Below, in pieces: positions 16,902 through 26,114 of a stretch of DNA of 64,000 nucleotides. The DNA is taken from NCBI GenBank assembly GCA_041653535.1, contig JBAZFH010000003.1, positions 2,771 through 66,770 of the forward strand. Reading direction: 5' to 3'. This DNA is from Patescibacteria group bacterium (lineage in GTDB: Bacteria > Patescibacteriota > Patescibacteriia > JACRDY01). A model generated the notes under the pieces. It was given only the letters and a program-made list of their open reading frames with translations. It did no database searches and was not told where the DNA came from. The number at the start of each line of letters is the position of its first letter. Position 1 is the first letter of the stretch. The translations under genes and the position numbers were made by a program.

Positions 16902-19136
16902 TTATCTTTTGAAGTAAAAGATATGAACATTGCCATTATCTATCTCTTGCCAGCTATCGGCTTGAGTCATTATTTCGGAAGTTATTTTGTCAAAATCATT
17001 CCAATATTTATTGATTACAAAATATCCTTGGTTAACCCCAACCGTATCCATTGCTTGAATCATTTTTTTTCTGGTTGGTTCGCCATAAACCATTTCCAGA
17101 TAAATTTTATAAAGTGGTCCGGAAGTAGGAATAGGATAGTAAAATATTTCTCCTTTTGTTGTTTTATAATATTTTTTGAAGCCAAAAATTTTTAAGACCG
17201 CAGCTGATGTTGACTGGTTGGCTAAGACAATATAATTTCCGGTAGTATTTTGTTCCATATAACTAACGGCGAGAATATCTGATCTAGAAGTTGAGTAAAA
17301 ATGGCTGATTTGGTAGGCGTCGCTGTGCGGATAAGACAAATAAAGATTGGCGGTGATTAATAGGGCAAATATGATGCCAAAAAATATTTTGACTAACATC
17401 TTTTGGCGTAAAATTTTATGAGTGAGTTCGTAGAATGAATAAAGCGCTAGTGGAAAAAGGAAATAAAAAGATAAATTGAAAAGTCGCAAAGCATAGTCGT
17501 TTTGTTCATAATTTATTACTGATTGCCAGTCGATAAATATCCTAAGTGAAAAATAATCTGCAAGCAAAAGTAGGAAGAATAACGGGTAAAGATAGTATTT
17601 ACTTTCTTTATTATCATCTTTTTTCTTATTGATCAGGTAGTAGCCGATTGCACCGAAGACGATAGTCAGCCATTTAACATTATCGCCGAAAAAATGGAAA
17701 TAGTCGTCAAGTAGACGAAACTTGTTATCAAAAGAAGGTGCAAGAACGGAGAAAGCATTTTTTATTTCAGTCCAATTAATCTTTTCCAGTGTCAAGTTGT
17801 TAATAATATGAGGTGAGGAAAAGTTTTGAATAAAAAAAGCTCCAGGTAGCGATATTAATGATGCTAAAATGATAAAAATTATAACAACTTTGCGCCAGTA
17901 GTTGTGTTGAAAACGATAGGTGGAAAAAAATAAGATAATAGAAAAAAAGAGAATGGGAATGCCTGTTAGGGGATGAATAGCTACTGTTACAAAAGATAAA
18001 AATAGTAGCAGATAACTAAAGCTGTGGTCGACATTTTTACTAATTAATAGCGAGCTACCGATAATAATAATCAAAGCAAAAAAATTAGCCAATCCTTGTG
18101 GTGTAGTGGCAATAAAATCTGCTAAAGGGAAAAGTAGAATTACTAATGGTAAGAAGTAATATATACTGCGTTGCCTTATTTCTTCATGGTCAGGATCAAT
18201 AACGGTTAGATTTTCTCCTGTGACTTTACGGTAGACCAGGTAGATAAATGTTGGAATAAATGCGGAAAAAAGTAATGGTAGTAAAAAAGCATCTACAACA
18301 GAGGTGGGCAGTTGCAGTAGGCGGGAAAGGTTTACTACAAGTGAATATTGACCAATGTAATAAACCGTCTTTGGCAAAATAATTCCGGTGACGCTGATAA
18401 CTTTCTCTGCCGCTTGATGAATAAAAGGATCAAAGCCGTAACCAATTTGATAAATAAATAAAGCCAATCCTACAGTTAAAAAGGCATGGGAGCGAACAAG
18501 CATTAGATTTAGCCCTCTTTGTTTTTTTGTTGTAGTTATTATAATCAGGACTAGGGTGCAAAGGAAGTAGCCAGCTAAAAATTTTAGCGGGAGTACTTGC
18601 CAGAGACTATTAATAGCCTGATCGGTGATGTTGAGATAAACGATTAACCAACAGTAAATCATCAGTCCGGTATAAGTGGTTAAGAGTAGGCAATAGACTG
18701 AAAATTTTTTTAATTCGGTTTTTCTTTCTAAAGAAAAACGCCAGAGAAACCCTTTAATTTTTAGAGAGTATTTTGCGGCTTCTCTTAGCCAGACAGCTAT
18801 TGCTGGGATCGGTAGTTTGTTGGTTTGTTGAGATATCGCTTTTTGGATGGCATTAATTATAAGAGGGATGATAAATAGAATAATGGCAGTTATTTGGTTT
18901 GTTAGTTTGTACGGGTAGTATGCTGCCGTTCCTAGTAGGGAAATAACTGCTAAAATCAGAAAAGAACCAACTAACAGTTGTATTGCTAGCTGTTCTCTTT
19001 TAAAAAACGCCTTGCCTAATAGATAACCGTTCCAGAATAAATAGGTGAAGCCAAAGATTATGCCAATCGTTAGAGATTTCCAGGTTAATATGTTAGCAAT
19101 GACGATTAACGAGATAAAAGTGGATGTGAAAAGCAT
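16902..19136 (-). CDS. Large polytopic membrane protein, GT-C-fold glycosyltransferase-like
   Basis: More than 15 hydrophobic segments, a 'GYGFDPFIHQA' loop and a soluble C-terminal domain; start MLFTSTF chosen; function inferred. Confidence 0.55.
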   Translation of the reverse strand: MLFTSTFISLIVIANILTWKSLTIGIIFGFTYLFWNGYLLGKAFFKREQLAIQLLVGSFLILAVISLLGTAAYYPYKLTNQITAIILFIIPLIINAIQKAISQQTNKLPIPAIAVWLREAAKYSLKIKGFLWRFSLERKTELKKFSVYCLLLTTYTGLMIYCWLIVYLNITDQAINSLWQVLPLKFLAGYFLCTLVLIIITTTKKQRGLNLMLVRSHAFLTVGLALFIYQIGYGFDPFIHQAAEKVISVTGIILPKTVYYIGQYSLVVNLSRLLQLPTSVVDAFLLPLLFSAFIPTFIYLVYRKVTGENLTVIDPDHEEIRQRSIYYFLPLVILLFPLADFIATTPQGLANFFALIIIIGSSLLISKNVDHSFSYLLLFLSFVTVAIHPLTGIPILFFSIILFFSTYRFQHNYWRKVVIIFIILASLISLPGAFFIQNFSSPHIINNLTLEKINWTEIKNAFSVLAPSFDNKFRLLDDYFHFFGDNVKWLTIVFGAIGYYLINKKKDDNKESKYYLYPLFFLLLLADYFSLRIFIDWQSVINYEQNDYALRLFNLSFYFLFPLALYSFYELTHKILRQKMLVKIFFGIIFALLITANLYLSYPHSDAYQISHFYSTSRSDILAVSYMEQNTTGNYIVLANQSTSAAVLKIFGFKKYYKTTKGEIFYYPIPTSGPLYKIYLEMVYGEPTRKKMIQAMDTVGVNQGYFVINKYWNDFDKITSEIMTQADSWQEIDNGNVHIFYFKR

Positions 19137-19169
19137 AGTGTTTTTATTGTACATTTTTTGGCTTAATTT

Positions 19170-19178
19170 TGCTATAAT
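19170..19178 (+). promoter_or_regulatory. Extended -10 promoter placing the TSS at about the ATG (likely leaderless mRNA)
   Basis: TGCTATAAT ends 6 nt before ATG 19185; no SD. Confidence 0.55.
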
Positions 19179-19184
19179 TATAGC

Positions 19185-20828
19185 ATGAAAAAAATCCACA
19201 GTCACCAAATAATTTTGCTAATTTTGGGCATATTTTTTTTGCTGGTGTATAGCTGTGTTTCATTTTTTACGCCGGAGCGTTTTAATTCGCCCGATGAAGC
19301 GGCTAATTTTTACTGGTCAGAGAGAGTCGCCTTCGGCAATCGTTTGGCAAGTTTGGTTTTAGAGAATAGGGAGACCGGTAATGCAGTGCATTTACGTAGC
19401 GACAATGTTAATAATACAGGAGAGGTTGTTCCCGGTGGTTTTTTGGGTTTGCCGCTAGTTTATGGTTTTTTGGGCAAAGTATTCACACCAACGGCAATAA
19501 AATTTTTTACTTCAATATTTGCCGTAGCAGCCGTTTGGTGTTTTTATGGTTTAGTGAAAAAAATATTTAGCAGTAGTCGTGTCGCGATAATTTCCAGCAT
19601 TTTACTATTTGTAAATCCGGTTTGGTGGTATTACGCTAGCCGAGGGTTATTGCCGAACGTTTTGTTTGTTAGTTTATTATTGATTAGTGCTTGGTTGGTT
19701 TTTTGTTGCAGTAAAAATATTTATTGGCGTTACGTTTTGGGCGGATTATTCTTTGGATTGGCGCTGGCTGCTAGAACGGCCGAAATTTTTTGGTTGGCAA
19801 CAATTATCTTGGCACTTGCTGTCGTTTATCGTAAGCAGATAAATGGGCTAGCTATGATTTTATTTTTAGTTTTTACCGCCGCGCCGCTTTTGGTAGTTTT
19901 GTTTATTAATAAAGATATCTATGGCGGGTATTTTGTTACCGGGTATTCCTCTCTTGCTGCTCCCGTGGACACTACTGCTTTTATTACCGGAAACAGTATT
20001 AGTGTTTTACCATTTGGTTTTCATCCACGAACCGCTCTGATCAATTGGTGGAACTATCAAGTGCAAATGCTCTGGTGGTATTTTATTCCCATGATAGTTG
20101 GTTTGGTTTTTTCGGTACGTGATTTAGTCCGTCAGTATGATGTTAAAAAATGGTTTTATCTGATTATTTTTGTTGTTCTAAGCGATTGGTTGACTGTTTA
20201 TTATGGCAGCTGGGCAATAAAAGACAATATTTCCGGGCATTATACTATTGGTACTTCTTATTTGCGTTACTGGTTACCGATTGTTGTTTTTGCCGTGCCG
20301 TTTGTTGCTTATGCTATCAATTATTTACTAGATTGGTTAAAACAAAAGTGGTCGAAAATTTTAGTCGGGATATTATTTTTTGGAATCATAGTTTCTTTGT
20401 CAGCTCAACTTGTTTTAACTTCAGAAGAAGGCCTGATATCGGTAGTGCAAAATATTAATCAGTATCAGAAAACAAATTTGGCAGCGCAGCAGCAATTTTC
20501 GTCCAGAGACAAGGTTTTAATTGTCAGCGATCGCAGCGACAAGGTTTTTTGGCCGGAGTTTAAAGTAGTGAAATTTATGGGCGATTTTGGTGTTTTCGAG
20601 CGTCTTAGCAGCGTCGTTAGTTCTAATGACGTTTATTACTATTCGCACAACAACTTAACGGCAGAAAATCTGCAGTATTTAAATGATAATATTAAGCAAT
20701 TGGGCTTAGTGCTCGAAAGGCAAGGGACGCTAAATGGTGGGGATGAGCTGTATAAGCTGAAAGTTTCCGCCCAAGGCGGATCCCTGCCTACTGGACAGGC
20801 AGGCGCCTCTGGCGGAATAAAGTTATAA
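19185..20828 (+). CDS. GT-C (PMT/ArnT, GT39-like) membrane glycosyltransferase
   Basis: FNSPDE acidic motif after TM1, multiple TMs, RYWLP motif; C-terminus carries a palindromic insertion. Confidence 0.75.
   Translation: MKKIHSHQIILLILGIFFLLVYSCVSFFTPERFNSPDEAANFYWSERVAFGNRLASLVLENRETGNAVHLRSDNVNNTGEVVPGGFLGLPLVYGFLGKVFTPTAIKFFTSIFAVAAVWCFYGLVKKIFSSSRVAIISSILLFVNPVWWYYASRGLLPNVLFVSLLLISAWLVFCCSKNIYWRYVLGGLFFGLALAARTAEIFWLATIILALAVVYRKQINGLAMILFLVFTAAPLLVVLFINKDIYGGYFVTGYSSLAAPVDTTAFITGNSISVLPFGFHPRTALINWWNYQVQMLWWYFIPMIVGLVFSVRDLVRQYDVKKWFYLIIFVVLSDWLTVYYGSWAIKDNISGHYTIGTSYLRYWLPIVVFAVPFVAYAINYLLDWLKQKWSKILVGILFFGIIVSLSAQLVLTSEEGLISVVQNINQYQKTNLAAQQQFSSRDKVLIVSDRSDKVFWPEFKVVKFMGDFGVFERLSSVVSSNDVYYYSHNNLTAENLQYLNDNIKQLGLVLERQGTLNGGDELYKLKVSAQGGSLPTGQAGASGGIKL
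20766..20816. repeat. Nested short palindromic insertion (15+15+21 bp) in frame inside the CDS
   Basis: TCCGCC-CAA-GGCGGA, then TC[CCTGCCT-ACTGGAC-AGGCAGG]CGCC-TCT-GGCGGA. Confidence 0.85.
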
Positions 20829-20844
20829 AATTAAAAGCCATATT

Positions 20845-21429
20845 ATGCCACGTTGGTACAAAGTGTTTAAAATTATATTGATACTGGTTCCGGTCATATT
20901 TTTTATTTTTTTGGTTTGCCAGGATTTGGTGGTAAGCGGCAGGCTTGAAGCTGCTTATAATTTTTCAGAGCCATCTCCTTTTGTTATGCCATTAGCGCCA
21001 AAGGCGAGAATAAGCGAGGTTAAAAAAGAGTCTAGCGACTACTATCAAACTATGTTTGACGATCCGATTTATTTTGATGTTAGGCTGCCACGCAAATTTT
21101 CCACAATCACTTTTTGGGCTAAGTTTCGACCGACAGCCGGACAAACTGTTCGTCTGGCTGCTTTTAACAACAAAGACCAGTGGAATTTTGAAGCCAAAGA
21201 TTTTTTTCAAGTAGAAGACCTGGGCGACGGTTGGTATTTGGGTAGCGTTGATTTCGACATGTCGGCTAAGAGGTTTGCCTTTCAAAAATATCAGTTTATG
21301 GTTTCTTTACCAGGGATAAGAGGGAGCGGTCGAACGGTTGATATCAGCGAGATAAAAATGCTATCCCAAAGGGAGCCGATGACATTGGGTATCTTTTGGC
21401 AAAAATTAAAAGCAAAGATTTTTAACTAA
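20845..21429 (+). CDS. Hypothetical membrane-anchored protein
   Basis: N-terminal TM helix, beta-rich soluble domain, operonic spacing. Confidence 0.7.
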   Translation: MPRWYKVFKIILILVPVIFFIFLVCQDLVVSGRLEAAYNFSEPSPFVMPLAPKARISEVKKESSDYYQTMFDDPIYFDVRLPRKFSTITFWAKFRPTAGQTVRLAAFNNKDQWNFEAKDFFQVEDLGDGWYLGSVDFDMSAKRFAFQKYQFMVSLPGIRGSGRTVDISEIKMLSQREPMTLGIFWQKLKAKIFN

Positions 21430-21434
21430 GGGAT

Positions 21435-21617
21435 ATGAAAGTGACGTTTTTAAAAATTTTGTATGACGTCTTCTCTGTCAGCGCCGTGTCTTGGGCTGTT
21501 TGTGTCGTCAGTGAAACAATTAAACCGGGTTTTGTGACTAATTATTTAGACATGAATATTTTTTTGCTTTGGACGGTAATTATTGGTATTATTTATACGT
21601 TGATGAATAAAAATTGA
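21435..21617 (+). CDS. Small 2-TM hypothetical protein
   Basis: Fills the operon gap with two hydrophobic helices. The ORF-track start is at 21435-21436 (first ATG about 21436). Confidence 0.6.
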   Translation: MKVTFLKILYDVFSVSAVSWAVCVVSETIKPGFVTNYLDMNIFLLWTVIIGIIYTLMNKN

Positions 21618-21618
21618 T

Positions 21619-22024
21619 ATGAAAATAGCTATTTGCGGCAGCATGGTTTTTGCGACTAAAATGATGGAGGTAAGAGATTTTTTAACTACAGCGGGACAAG
21701 AAGTGGTCTTGCCGGCTAACGTTGATAAGTATGCCAACAACGAAATGACAGTGGAAAACAAATGGGAAAAACTAGAACTGGACGTGATTAAAAGATATTA
21801 TAATGAGATTAGACAAGCAGATGCGATTTTAGTGGTTAATGAAAGTAAAAATGGAACCGAAAATTATGTTGGTGGAAACAGTTTAATTGAAATGGCGTTC
21901 GCCCATGTTTTGGATAAAAAAAATTTTTTTACTCAATTCGATTCCTATTGGGATGAGTTATGCTGACGAGATAGAAGCGATGAAGCCCGTTATTTTAAAC
22001 GGCGATCTAACAAAAATAGTCTAG
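21619..22024 (+). pseudogene. Nucleoside 2-deoxyribosyltransferase-like (Rossmann) protein interrupted by a frameshift at an A8T7 run
   Basis: MKIAICGSM...ADAILVVN...YVGGNSLIEMAFAHVLDKK. Removing one A at 21916-21923 continues as IFLLNSIPIGMSYADEIEAMKPVILNGDLTKIV* to TAG 22022-22024. Confidence 0.7.
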
Positions 22025-22062
22025 TCGCTAGCTGCTAGCCACTAGTTCCTAGTTACTAATCA
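22021..22062. repeat. Period-7 tandem repeat CTAGNNN x5 + CTAATCA
   Basis: CTAGTCG CTAGCTG CTAGCCA CTAGTTC CTAGTTA CTAATCA. Confidence 0.8.
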
Positions 22063-22064
22063 AT

Positions 22065-22514
22065 ATGATTGACGGAGTAGTAATAAAAAAAATAACTCGC
22101 TATAATGATAATAGAGGATGGCTTGGTGAGATTTATCGTTCTGATGAATTTGATTTCAAACCAGCTATGTCCTATATCTCTGTGACCAATCCCGGTGTTG
22201 TTCGTGGTCCACACGAACACCGAGCCCAAGCAGATCTTTTCGTCTTTGTTGGACCGGGGTCGTTTCGTTTGCACTTATGGGATAATAGAAAAGATAGCCA
22301 AACCTATGGCGAAAAGTATGAAGAGGAGTTTGGCGAAAATAATCCAGCGGCAGTGATAGTTCCGGCTGGTGTAGTACATGGTTATAAGTGTTCATCTGCA
22401 ATTGCTGGTTGGGTGATAAATATGCCAGATAAATTATATAAAGGTGAAGGTAAAAAGGAAGATATAGACGAAATTCGTTGGGAACAAGATGTTAATTCTC
22501 CTTTTAAAATTTAA
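22065..22514 (+). CDS. rfbC: dTDP-4-dehydrorhamnose 3,5-epimerase family (RmlC-like cupin)
   Basis: DNRGWLGEIY, GVVRGPHEH, DNRKDSQTYG, VPAGVVHGY. Confidence 0.85.
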   Translation: MIDGVVIKKITRYNDNRGWLGEIYRSDEFDFKPAMSYISVTNPGVVRGPHEHRAQADLFVFVGPGSFRLHLWDNRKDSQTYGEKYEEEFGENNPAAVIVPAGVVHGYKCSSAIAGWVINMPDKLYKGEGKKEDIDEIRWEQDVNSPFKI

Positions 22515-22529
22515 TATAGCTAATACTAT

Positions 22530-23105
22530 ATGGAACTCTTCAAACCAAAACTTCAGCCGCATGACAAGATAATGAAATATACGGTCTTGCTTTTGATTCC
22601 AAAATTTTTGCGTCCGAACCATTTTACTTATTTACGTTTTGTTTTTACGCCGCTTGTTATTTATTTTATTTTAGTTTCTGACTATCGGGCAGCTTTAGTT
22701 TCTTTTTTGTTGGTTGCTTTTACCGATGCGATCGATGGATCACTGGCTAGAACCAGGGATCAAATCACTGAGAGAGGAACGGTTTTAGATCCGATAGCGG
22801 ACAAAATATTAATCAGTTCAACAATTTTTGTTTTAATGCTTAAACATATAAATGTTTTTATTTCTCTAGCAATTATAATCCTGGAATCATTGTTTTTGGT
22901 TGGCTGGTATCTTCGTCATAAGTACGGCAAAAAAGAAAAAGTAAATGTTTGGGGCAAAATAAAGATGATTTTGCAGGTGGCGGGAGTGGCGATTTTACTT
23001 TTGGGATTATGCACGGGAAATCCGATGATGTTTTACTATTCTCAGACTACTTTGATTTTTGCTATTATTTTTGCCTTAATCAGTTTATTTAGTTACGGCA
23101 TATAG
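22530..23105 (+). CDS. CDP-alcohol phosphatidyltransferase (PgsA-like)
   Basis: PNHFT, TDAIDGSLAR...GTVLDPIADK signature. Confidence 0.9.
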   Translation: MELFKPKLQPHDKIMKYTVLLLIPKFLRPNHFTYLRFVFTPLVIYFILVSDYRAALVSFLLVAFTDAIDGSLARTRDQITERGTVLDPIADKILISSTIFVLMLKHINVFISLAIIILESLFLVGWYLRHKYGKKEKVNVWGKIKMILQVAGVAILLLGLCTGNPMMFYYSQTTLIFAIIFALISLFSYGI

Positions 23106-23109
23106 CTTT

Positions 23110-24171
23110 ATGGCTAGAATTTTGTACTCAGTCCAAGGTGTTGGCATGGGGCATGCGATGCGTAGTTTGGTGGTAATAGAGCATCTGTGTTCCGAAGGGC
23201 ATGAAGTAATTATCACCGCCAACCACAAAGCTTATGATTTTTTCAAAACTCGCTATCCGCGAGTTTATGAGTTAAAAGGATTTGATTTTGTTTTGGATAA
23301 AAACGGAATGATGCTTTGGATACCAACATTTTTGCGATGGGTGGAAAAAATGCCGGTTTATTTTTTGCAGAATACCAGGAGGTTACGAAAAATCATCAAT
23401 GAGTTTAAGCCGCAAATAGTAGTCACCGACTTCGAACCTTTTGCGCACTATATTGCTAATATTTATCGCTTGCCGCTTGTTAGTATAGACAACCAACAGC
23501 GGATAATTTTTTGCCCACTCAAATTATCAAAAGGCTATCGTGACGAAATTTTTCGTGCCAAAGCTGCGATTAAATCTTTTATCGTGAAAGCCGATTATTA
23601 TATTATTTTGGATTTTGCCGGTTGCAAGTTAAAAAAAGAAAAAAATAATGTTTTTTTGACACCACCGATTTTACGCAAAGAGATAGTACGCGCCCAGCCG
23701 ACCGATGGGAATAAAATTTTGGTTTACATGTGGGAGCGTTACGCCGATCGGGCGATACAGGTATTAAATAAAATACCAGAGCACAATTTTATTTTATATG
23801 GTTTAAATCGTGAAGGCAAAGAGGGGAATGTGGAACTGCGTTTATTTTCTACGGAAAATATGGTAAAAGACTTGGCGGCTTGTCACGCGATAATTGGCAA
23901 CGCTGGCTTTACTTTGGTTAGCGAAGCGATGTTTTTACAAAAACCGTTTCTGGTTGTGCCGATGGCTGGTCAGTTTGAGCAGATAGTTAATGCCCTGGAG
24001 ATTAAAGAAAAAAACTACGGTCTGACTGTTGATGAGCTGACGGTCGAAAACGTTAGAGAATTTTTGTCACGGCTACCGGAGTTTAAAAAATCATTACAAG
24101 GTAAAGATTTTTGTGGTAACGAAAAAGTTTTTACAATCTTAGACAAAATAATAAAAGATAATAGTAGATAA
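23110..24171 (+). CDS. GT-B glycosyltransferase, MJ1255/VC2487 (GT28-like) family
   Basis: ILYSVQGVGMGHAMR, VVTDFEP, SIDNQ, GNAGFTLVSEA, GQFEQIVNA. Confidence 0.85.
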   Translation: MARILYSVQGVGMGHAMRSLVVIEHLCSEGHEVIITANHKAYDFFKTRYPRVYELKGFDFVLDKNGMMLWIPTFLRWVEKMPVYFLQNTRRLRKIINEFKPQIVVTDFEPFAHYIANIYRLPLVSIDNQQRIIFCPLKLSKGYRDEIFRAKAAIKSFIVKADYYIILDFAGCKLKKEKNNVFLTPPILRKEIVRAQPTDGNKILVYMWERYADRAIQVLNKIPEHNFILYGLNREGKEGNVELRLFSTENMVKDLAACHAIIGNAGFTLVSEAMFLQKPFLVVPMAGQFEQIVNALEIKEKNYGLTVDELTVENVREFLSRLPEFKKSLQGKDFCGNEKVFTILDKIIKDNSR

Positions 24172-24172
24172 T

Positions 24173-25183
24173 ATGAAACTATTTATTACCGGCGGCGCTG
24201 GGTTTATCGGCTCCAATTTTATTCTCTATTGGGCTAAGAAATACCCCAAAGACAAGATCGTTAATTTTGATAAATTAACTTATGCCGGCAATTTGGAAAA
24301 CCTAAAAACGGTTGAAAAAAATAAAAATTATAAATTTATCAAAGGCGACATCACTGACCCGGTGGCGGTAAACAAGGCTATGGCCGGCGCTGATATCGTA
24401 GTGCATTTTGCTGCCGAAACTCACGTTGACCGATCAATACTTGGTCCAGCAGTTTTTGTTACGACCAATGTTATCGGTACTCAAGTGTTACTCGATGCCG
24501 CTCTCAAACACAAAATAAAAAGATTTCACCATGTTTCTACCGATGAAGTGTTTGGTGCGCTAAAGCTTGGCAGTAAAGAAAAGTTTAGTGAAAAAACGCC
24601 TTACAACCCGCATAGTCCTTATTCTGCGGCTAAGGCTGCGTCAGATCATCTGGTTCGCGCTTACGCCGATACTTTTGGTTTGCCGATTACTATTTCCAAT
24701 TGTGCCAATAATTACGGCCCCTATATGTTTCCGGAAAAGCTGATTTCTCTAGCCATTACTAATTTAATGGAAGGAAAACCGGTGCCGGTTTACGGTGATG
24801 GTAAATATGTTCGTGACTGGCTATATGTCGAAGATCATTGTCGGGCGATTGATTTGATTTTGAAAAAAGGCAAAGTAGGGCAAACTTATTGTATTGGCGG
24901 TATGACCCAAGACGTGAATAATTTGGAACTAATAAAAAAATTATTAAAGATTTTGGGTAAAGACGAAAGCAGTATTGTTTTTGTCAAAGACCGTCCTGGT
25001 CACGATCGTCGCTATGCTATTGATTGGTCAAAAGCTAAAAAGGAGTTAGGCTACAAACCACGGTATGATTTTAATACTTGCCTGAAGAAAACTGTTGACT
25101 GGTATGTAAAAAACGAAAAATGGTGGCGGCGAGTTAAATCAGGCGAGTATCAGAAGTATTATAAAAAGCAGTATGGAAAGTAG
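24173..25183 (+). CDS. rfbB: dTDP-glucose 4,6-dehydratase
   Basis: TGGAGFIGSN, HFAAETHVDRSI, STDEV, PYSAAKA, DRPGHDRRYAID. Confidence 0.97.
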   Translation: MKLFITGGAGFIGSNFILYWAKKYPKDKIVNFDKLTYAGNLENLKTVEKNKNYKFIKGDITDPVAVNKAMAGADIVVHFAAETHVDRSILGPAVFVTTNVIGTQVLLDAALKHKIKRFHHVSTDEVFGALKLGSKEKFSEKTPYNPHSPYSAAKAASDHLVRAYADTFGLPITISNCANNYGPYMFPEKLISLAITNLMEGKPVPVYGDGKYVRDWLYVEDHCRAIDLILKKGKVGQTYCIGGMTQDVNNLELIKKLLKILGKDESSIVFVKDRPGHDRRYAIDWSKAKKELGYKPRYDFNTCLKKTVDWYVKNEKWWRRVKSGEYQKYYKKQYGK

Positions 25184-25189
25184 TTTGTT

Positions 25190-26050
25190 ATGAAAATATT
25201 AGTCATCCACAATTCGGTCGCTGGCAAAAAAAGAAAAGTCGTGCGCACTGCCCGACGGATTTTGCAAAATTTTGATTATGATTGGGTGGAGACGAATAAA
25301 AATGGGGACTATCTGGAAAAAATTGACGGCAAAATTTACAATCGAGTAGTTGTTTTTGGCGGTGACGGCACGGTGCACCAAACGGTAAACTGGATTTTGA
25401 AAAATAACTACGATTTGGTTTTGGGCGTGGTGCCGGTGGGTAGCGCCAATCTACTCGCTAAAAGTTTTAAAATTCCAAGTAACGTCGGACTAGCTCTTGA
25501 TCTAGCCTTAACCGGGGAGACAGAAACGATTGATGTCGGGCTGATAAATAAAGAAAAGTATTTTATAATTGCCGCCGGTCTGGGGTATGACGCTTGGGTA
25601 ATAAAAAATACCAAGCGTGCCTGGAAAAGATTATTTGGTTTTTTTGCCTATACTATTTCCGCTTGGCATGGTTTGTTTCATTTACGGGAAACTAATTTTT
25701 CGTTTACTATCGACGGTCAGCGCGTACAACATCATGCTAAAACTGTTTTTATTATGAACTTTGGCAAGTTTCTTGGTTTTGAACTTGGTCCGGATATCTC
25801 TTACAACGATGGTTGTTTTTCATTAGCCGTAGTGCGACCGGTTAAGCCAATAGATTACGTTCGAATGCTTGGGCGGCTAATCGGCAGAAAATTTAATTGG
25901 GAAAAACGGTTGGATTATTATAAATTTAAAAGATTGCAAATAAATTATGATAAAAATATTTTGTTGCAGGTTGACGGTGAGGGTTGGCAAGCGGGAAGTC
26001 CGATTGAGATTGAAGTGGCGAAGCAGAAATTGAAAGTGGTAACGAGATAA
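25190..26050 (+). CDS. Diacylglycerol/lipid kinase family protein (YegS/BmrU)
   Basis: GGDGTV, PVGSANLLA, QVDGE motifs. Confidence 0.9.
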   Translation: MKILVIHNSVAGKKRKVVRTARRILQNFDYDWVETNKNGDYLEKIDGKIYNRVVVFGGDGTVHQTVNWILKNNYDLVLGVVPVGSANLLAKSFKIPSNVGLALDLALTGETETIDVGLINKEKYFIIAAGLGYDAWVIKNTKRAWKRLFGFFAYTISAWHGLFHLRETNFSFTIDGQRVQHHAKTVFIMNFGKFLGFELGPDISYNDGCFSLAVVRPVKPIDYVRMLGRLIGRKFNWEKRLDYYKFKRLQINYDKNILLQVDGEGWQAGSPIEIEVAKQKLKVVTR

Positions 26051-26114
26051 TGCTAGTGTGCCAATAGTATATAGAAAAAAAACGATTAATTTAATTTATT
26101 TAAAAATAGCATCT

